Part shown: piece after piece, positions 8,005 to 12,707 of the stretch
How positions within the stretch are numbered: the first letter of the stretch is position 1
How the letters are laid out: every line of letters begins with the position of its first letter
Source: Thermotogota bacterium
Lineage (GTDB): Bacteria; Thermotogota; Thermotogae; Petrotogales; Kosmotogaceae
Reading direction: 5' to 3'
Assembly: GCA_034660555.1 (NCBI GenBank)
Contig: JAYEJL010000084.1
Span: forward strand, 1 to 12,707
Length of the DNA stretch: 12,707 nucleotides
The notes under the pieces: model-generated
What the model was told of the DNA's origin: nothing
Databases searched by the model: none
What the model saw: only the letters and a program-made list of their open reading frames with translations
Translations under genes and position numbers: made by a program

Positions 8005-8486
8005 TTGAGTAATATAAAAAAGGATAGAACTGAATTTAATGTAGATAAAAGAGACATGGTAGCCCATGGTTTTATGGGGAGCGATAAAAGACCTTTAGCA
8101 GAGATTATTGAAGAGGACAAACGGGTTCTAAACCATTATAACTTATCCTGTTCTAAGATCGCCAGTACTCTAACCAAAATAAAAAAAGAAGGTGAAAAGG
8201 GTATAGGCAACAATGTTATTGTTGACAATATTTTTGAGGTGAACGTTGATGTCAGCAGAGGATTTATATGTTGCCCCTTTGATCCAGGCAATCAGTTTAG
8301 AAAAACAAATATCTCTGTCAGAAAATTAAAAACCAATGAAAAATTTTCTACTCAGAATTAAGCATTCATTTAATAGAGGAACACTGCTTTTTCCAGGGAA
8401 AAGGATCGACTTATAGACTGGAGCCAGCTAAACTGATAAAATTTTTGCAGGAGTTTTTTGAAAATGAAAAAAAGAGCAAGAATTGA
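8005..8486 (+). pseudogene. Conserved-looking hypothetical protein with CCPF and HxIxxH motifs (about 160 aa if repaired), one frameshift
   Basis: GGAGGT then TTG 8005. After A5 at 8339-8343 the -1 frame continues as IFYSELSIHLIEEHCFFQGKGSTYRLEPAKLIKFLQEFFENEKKSKN* (TGA 8484-8486), filling the apparent gap before the next gene. Confidence 0.7.
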
Positions 8487-8973
8487 AGCGTTCACTCTTG
8501 TATTTATTATTGCAGCTATTGCATTCAGCGTTTTTTTCGCGACAAGAAATGATGTAGAGGTAGTCGTACCAGCTGACAGTTATTCGCTTGGTGAAATCAA
8601 TTTTGGAGAAAAATATAATGTACTGGATACTTTGGAGGGCCCACCAGTAAATGTATCACCTTATGATGGTTTATTACTTGCATCAGGGGAACTGGATGCC
8701 AAAATACATGTTTACTACTGGAAAGCTAAAACAGTAGAAGAAGCCAAAAAAATCTGGAAAGATATCTGGTTAATATATGGAGATAATTTGGGAAACAAGG
8801 GCAAAATCGAAAAATCAGGATACACATTTGGGTATCTTGAACAATTTGAAACAACATTTTATTTTTGGCAAAAAAGTGTATGGACGTTCTTTGTAAATAT
8901 TGATAGATATTTAACCGATAAAGAAAAAGAAGATTTTTTAAAAAACATAATACCTGAAGAATTCACTAAATGA
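8464..8973 (+). CDS. Membrane-anchored hypothetical protein, resembling DUF3242 of Thermotogae
   Basis: Basic N-terminus plus hydrophobic helix (FTLVFIIAAIAFSVFFA). P..SYSL, EEAKKIWK and FWQKSVWTFFV resemble DUF3242 proteins as I recall them (unverified). AGGAG RBS favours ATG 8464. Confidence 0.7.
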   Translation: MKKRARIEAFTLVFIIAAIAFSVFFATRNDVEVVVPADSYSLGEINFGEKYNVLDTLEGPPVNVSPYDGLLLASGELDAKIHVYYWKAKTVEEAKKIWKDIWLIYGDNLGNKGKIEKSGYTFGYLEQFETTFYFWQKSVWTFFVNIDRYLTDKEKEDFLKNIIPEEFTK

Positions 8974-9418
8974 GATAATTCGTTTGCCTTTCATTAAGAA
9001 CTTCAATTCCATTCTTTCTCAATAAAGAAGCTGTAACCCCTATTCCAGGTACAACCACCTCTGAAAATGTTCCATCGTAGACATATTCTGTACCGCAAGA
9101 GGGGCTCTTGCTCTTCAAAACCGCAACGGTGCAATCAAACAACCTTGCAAGTTTGAGCGTTTCAGTTGCACCCTTTAAAAAAAAATCGGTTACATCGCGA
9201 TTTCTTGAATTAATTACTCTTTCCCCGCTTTTCCAGCCTTTACCACCGGATATTTCCGAGCGTGGTCTTGGTGTTCCCAACCCTCCAATTTGTTCAGGAC
9301 ATACAGGGATCAGACAATAGTTATTAATAAGCTTTAAAGCTTCAACTGAAAGATTGTTATCACCTTTGTAGGTGCAGTTGATACCAAGCAAACAGGCGCT
9401 GATGATTATGTTTTTCAC
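8966..9418 (-). CDS. DUF523 / 2-thiouracil desulfurase (TudS) family Fe-S protein
   Basis: SACLLGINC, PVCPEQIGGLGTPR, LKSKSPSCG and GxGVTA motifs. GTGA overlap with the upstream stop. Confidence 0.9.
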   Translation of the reverse strand: MKNIIISACLLGINCTYKGDNNLSVEALKLINNYCLIPVCPEQIGGLGTPRPRSEISGGKGWKSGERVINSRNRDVTDFFLKGATETLKLARLFDCTVAVLKSKSPSCGTEYVYDGTFSEVVVPGIGVTASLLRKNGIEVLNERQTNYLI

Positions 9419-10260
9419 TTGCCACCTGTGCTGGTATTGTCTTCATCATAACCCTTAATAACGTACATAAGATCTAAAGCTGGTAATTTGGAAAGCGGAT
9501 TAACGCTTCTTAAGTCATTGTTTCGAATTTCGAAGTGTAAATGCGGTCCTGTAGAAAAACCCGTTGTCCCAACTCTACCTATGAAAGAACCCATTTCTAC
9601 TGGTTGACCCTCATAAACACTTATATGACTCAAATGAGCATATTTTGTAATAGTACCATCAGCGTGTTTTATTTCAACCATATATCCATAACCACCATTA
9701 AGACCCGTAAAAATTACCTCACCAGCTTCAGCTGCAAAAATTGGTGCTCCTTCGCTCACAGCAATATCCAGTCCTGAATGAAAAGATTCCTGGTGGGTTA
9801 TAGGATGTATTCGCCAACCATAATGAGAACTTATAATACCATAAACAGGCCATCTAAATCTCACCTGTACAGGTATATACTGGTACTTGTTTATTACTTT
9901 GAATGGAATAAAAATTCTTTGACCGGGGACAATAATGTCATTGTAATCCATATTATTCGCATTCAAAACATCTCTTGTTGAAGTAAAAAACATTTTTGCT
10001 ATGTAATTTATTGTATCATCCTTTTTTACTTCATAAAGCAATCCATCTGGCTGAGGAAAAACAATACGTTCACCAACCTGTATTCTTCGGGGATCTTCAA
10101 TGTTATTGAAATCTAACAATGTAGAAATTCCTACACTGTATTTGTTAGAGATATCATACAATGTGTCACCAGGTTGAACCACATGAGTTTGCAGCATATA
10201 ACCCATGCAAGAAACGACTATGGCAGTTGTTAAAACAACTATCAACGTAAATGATTTCAA
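9415..10260 (-). CDS. Exported LysM-repeat M23 peptidase (peptidoglycan DD-endopeptidase family)
   Basis: Signal sequence, two LysM repeats (HVVQPGDTLYDIS...; YEVKKDDTINYIA...) and M23 motifs HSGLD, YAHLS, STGPHLHFEIR. TTG 10260 is 7 nt after GGAGGTG and overlaps the dgkA stop (TTGA). Confidence 0.92.
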   Translation of the reverse strand: MKSFTLIVVLTTAIVVSCMGYMLQTHVVQPGDTLYDISNKYSVGISTLLDFNNIEDPRRIQVGERIVFPQPDGLLYEVKKDDTINYIAKMFFTSTRDVLNANNMDYNDIIVPGQRIFIPFKVINKYQYIPVQVRFRWPVYGIISSHYGWRIHPITHQESFHSGLDIAVSEGAPIFAAEAGEVIFTGLNGGYGYMVEIKHADGTITKYAHLSHISVYEGQPVEMGSFIGRVGTTGFSTGPHLHFEIRNNDLRSVNPLSKLPALDLMYVIKGYDEDNTSTGGK

Positions 10261-10691
10261 CGTTTTGCACCTCCAAGCCAACCAAAAAAAACAAACAAAG
10301 CACTAAATAGTATACCAAATGGCACAGTAAAAATCGGCATCAATCCAAATAACTCATAACCAAAAACAATACAACCTATCATAATAGCGGTAAAACTACC
10401 AAGCAATACTATTCCTGCAGCGATATCTTTGACTATCTTAACATCATGGTTTACCTTTCTCTCCAGTAAATCCATCAATCGTTCAACTACAGTATTTACT
10501 CCTTCAAGAATAATTACTAACATAACGCTTAGTATTATCCATAAAAGACTGCTGATTTCCATTTGGATAATTATAGAAAATAATATTATCAGTATTCCAA
10601 TTATACATTGTATTCTAAAATTTCTTTCTGTTTTAAAAAGTAATTTGATACCCTTTGAGGCAAAACTCAGGCTCTGATGAAATTTCCTCAT
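10257..10691 (-). CDS. dgkA: Prokaryotic diacylglycerol/undecaprenol kinase family membrane protein
   Basis: ERNFRIQ, LEGVNTVVERLMDL and VKIVKDIAAGIVL motifs with transmembrane helices. ATGA overlap with the upstream gene. Confidence 0.88.
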   Translation of the reverse strand: MRKFHQSLSFASKGIKLLFKTERNFRIQCIIGILIILFSIIIQMEISSLLWIILSVMLVIILEGVNTVVERLMDLLERKVNHDVKIVKDIAAGIVLLGSFTAIMIGCIVFGYELFGLMPIFTVPFGILFSALFVFFGWLGGAKR

Positions 10692-11296
10692 TCAAAACCT
10701 CTACCGACAAATTCATGTCTCTCTTCGTCCTTTAAGTTGAATGTTCTTTCTATTAGTGAGTATCCAAAATCAAGGGCTTTTTCGTTTAAGTCATAATAAC
10801 TCTCTTTAACGCGTTTTTTCATTGCTTTCTTCAAATTGGCTACACTTACAATCTTGGTTGCTCTACTGATCAATCCCAGTCCAACCATGTTTGCTGGCAT
10901 GCTGCTTTTGAATTTTTTTTGCGTCATTCTTGTAATTGGTTTGGCAATAATTCTTCTTGTTGTTCTTTGTGCTTCCTTTGGCATACTGTTTACATATGTA
11001 CTATCAACAATAAATACACCGTTAGTTTTTATAAGTGCTGCATGATTGTTAACAGCTGTTTGGTGCATTGAATATATGATGTCAAAATTCTGAGCCATCG
11101 GATAATCAATTCTTTTTTTACAAAAAATCACATCACAGTGTGAAAGTCCACCACGTACCTGCGCTCCATAAGACTGGGTTTGCACAACCCAAAATCCCTC
11201 ATTAACAAGTGCTTCGGCCAAAATGATTCCCATCAGCACGTTCCCCTGTCCACCTATTCCAGAAACTCTAACTGAGTGAGGTAATTTTAAATCCAT
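10688..11296 (-). CDS. 2-oxoacid:ferredoxin oxidoreductase gamma subunit (KorC-like)
   Basis: SGIGGQG, QSYGAQVRGG, NMVGLG and NEKALDFG motifs. 1 nt downstream of the beta subunit. Confidence 0.92.
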   Translation of the reverse strand: MDLKLPHSVRVSGIGGQGNVLMGIILAEALVNEGFWVVQTQSYGAQVRGGLSHCDVIFCKKRIDYPMAQNFDIIYSMHQTAVNNHAALIKTNGVFIVDSTYVNSMPKEAQRTTRRIIAKPITRMTQKKFKSSMPANMVGLGLISRATKIVSVANLKKAMKKRVKESYYDLNEKALDFGYSLIERTFNLKDEERHEFVGRGFE

Positions 11297-11297
11297 A

Positions 11298-12128
11298 TTA
11301 TTTCACTCCCCCGACTGATGTAAAACTATTCTTAAGATTTTGATATTTATCGTTATAGGTCGGTTTAGAAACATCAATAAACTCTCCTGTAACGATTTTC
11401 TCTTCAAGTTCTTCTTCTGACATATCTTTTGCTTTTTTCACACTAACTACTTTATCCTTGAAATACTCCAGCATTTGAACAGGTTCTGGCATATTGTTGT
11501 ACCTACCGAAATATGTGTGGCAATTTGTTGCAATATCTATTATTGAAGCTCCTTTGTGTTTTATTCCCTTTTGTATGAAATTAACCATCTGGGTATAATG
11601 ATAGACGGTGCTTCTTGCTACATATGTAGCTCCTGAGGACAGCGCCAGTTTAACTGCATCAAAGGGACTTTCTATATTTCCATAGGGCGCAGTCGATGCA
11701 ATCATTTCTTCAAAAGTAGTTGGTGAATATTGACCTCCTGTCATTCCATAAATATAATTGTTGAAAATAATTATCGTAATATCCATATTTCTTCTACAGG
11801 CGTGAATAAAATGATTTCCACCAATTGCTAGAAGATCTCCATCTCCACCCATAACTACAACCTTAAACTCAGGTCTCGCTAGTTTTACACCCGACGCAAA
11901 AGCTATGGCTCTGCCATGTAATGTATGCATAGTGTTGAAATTCAGGTAACCAGTTGCCCTCGATGAACAACCTATTCCAGAAATAACAGCAACTCTATCC
12001 GGGTCAAGTTCTTCCCTATCAACAGCATCAATAAAAGCTTTCATTATAACACCGTTACCGCAACCAGGACACCAAACATGGGGCATCCTGTCCTGTCGAA
12101 GATACTTTGTTAACCTTGTTATAGACAT
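11298..12128 (-). CDS. 2-oxoacid:ferredoxin oxidoreductase beta (TPP-binding) subunit (KorB-like)
   Basis: WCPGCG, SGIGCS, HTLHGRA and TPP motif GGDGD...NN.IYGMTGGQYSPT. Confidence 0.95.
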   Translation of the reverse strand: MSITRLTKYLRQDRMPHVWCPGCGNGVIMKAFIDAVDREELDPDRVAVISGIGCSSRATGYLNFNTMHTLHGRAIAFASGVKLARPEFKVVVMGGDGDLLAIGGNHFIHACRRNMDITIIIFNNYIYGMTGGQYSPTTFEEMIASTAPYGNIESPFDAVKLALSSGATYVARSTVYHYTQMVNFIQKGIKHKGASIIDIATNCHTYFGRYNNMPEPVQMLEYFKDKVVSVKKAKDMSEEELEEKIVTGEFIDVSKPTYNDKYQNLKNSFTSVGGVK

Positions 12129-12129
12129 A

Positions 12130-12657
12130 CTAACCTCCTGTATTCTTATATAATTCCATTTTTACTCCCGTTTTTTCAAACAGAAATTCTGTGAGTGGAT
12201 CAGGATATTCTTCATCATAAACAACTCTTATTATTCCGGCATTTATTAGTATGCGTGCACAAATAGAACACGGTTTATGAGTGATATAAATCGTTGAATC
12301 TCTGGTAGATATACCAAATTTTGCGGCTTGTGCGATGGCATTTTGTTCAGCATGAGCTGCATAACAAATCTCCTGGCTTTCTCCTGATGTTATCTCAAGT
12401 GCATCTCTAATACATTCAGTTTCATCACAATGAGGAAATCCTGAAGGTGGTTGATTGTACCCCGTGCAAAGAATACGATTTTCCTTTACTACTACAGCTC
12501 CTACCTTACGATGTATGCAACTGGAACGTTCCTTTATGATGTGTACCAACTTCATAAAATAATCATCCCAGTTAAGTGATAAGCTGCTTTTTTTGTAGGA
12601 AAAATTCTTCAAAAAATCGCTTATGTCTTCTCTTCTCACGTTATTCAATAAACTCAC
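12130..12657 (-). CDS. dCMP deaminase (ComEB-like zinc-dependent deaminase)
   Basis: WDDYFM, RSSCxxRKVGA, TGYN, HAEQNAI and PCSIC motifs. Start at GTG 12657 (GTGA overlap) or TTG 12648. Confidence 0.92.
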   Translation of the reverse strand: MSLLNNVRREDISDFLKNFSYKKSSLSLNWDDYFMKLVHIIKERSSCIHRKVGAVVVKENRILCTGYNQPPSGFPHCDETECIRDALEITSGESQEICYAAHAEQNAIAQAAKFGISTRDSTIYITHKPCSICARILINAGIIRVVYDEEYPDPLTEFLFEKTGVKMELYKNTGG

Positions 12658-12707
12658 TCCCTTAGAGTCGCTACATGGCTCTTTCCCTCGCTGATTATTT
12701 TCCTTAC
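12654..12707 (-). CDS. 3' end of an upstream CDS (partial, product unknown)
   Basis: Open frame from the window edge, VRKIISEGKSHVATLRE*. Its TGA (12656-12654) overlaps the deaminase GTG. Confidence 0.45.
   Translation of the reverse strand, partial: VRKIISEGKSHVATLRE

Noticed and set aside
8335..8350. Programmed -1 ribosomal frameshift at GAAAAATTTT
   Set aside because: The AAATTTT heptamer is not in the X XXY YYZ phase of the reading frame (GAA AAA TTT TCT). No downstream stimulatory structure is evident.
2008..11045. Shadow ORFs 2008-2226, 3585-3782, 5610-5801, 5985-6329, 9108-9320, 9541-9777, 9778-9981, 10429-10677, 10836-11045
   Set aside because: Antisense or alternate-frame ORFs wholly inside well-supported genes, with no recognisable motifs.
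1..12707. CRISPR array, tRNA/rRNA, IS element or prophage
   Set aside because: The window is almost entirely coding with very short intergenic gaps. No periodic repeats, transposase or integrase motifs were seen by eye.

Overview
AT-rich bacterial chromosomal window. Gene content, extended GGAGGTGA ribosome-binding sites and protein sequences suggest Thermotogota (inference). On the left (+) is a tightly packed cluster: miaA, hfq, hflX, an M23 peptidase, a CxxC hypothetical, metK and rpsT. It ends in a bidirectional intrinsic terminator. In the middle (-) is a two-gene unit: a toxin-less Phd/YefM-family protein followed by a stand-alone MsmX/MalK-type sugar ABC ATPase. Its near-consensus sigma70 promoter is overlapped by a perfect 18-bp palindrome. 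Divergent from this unit (+) are a soluble NqrF-like 2Fe-2S/FAD/NAD(P)H oxidoreductase broken by three frameshifts, a Cys/His-motif hypothetical broken by one, and a membrane-anchored DUF3242-like protein. On the right (-) is a coupled operon: dCMP deaminase, 2-oxoacid:ferredoxin oxidoreductase beta and gamma (no adjacent alpha), dgkA, a LysM-M23 peptidase and DUF523/TudS. The most notable observations are the orphan-antitoxin/ABC-ATPase/operator module, an apparent ATA start codon for hflX, and four simple-repeat frameshifts confined to about 1.2 kb. No RNA genes, CRISPR arrays or mobile elements were recognised.
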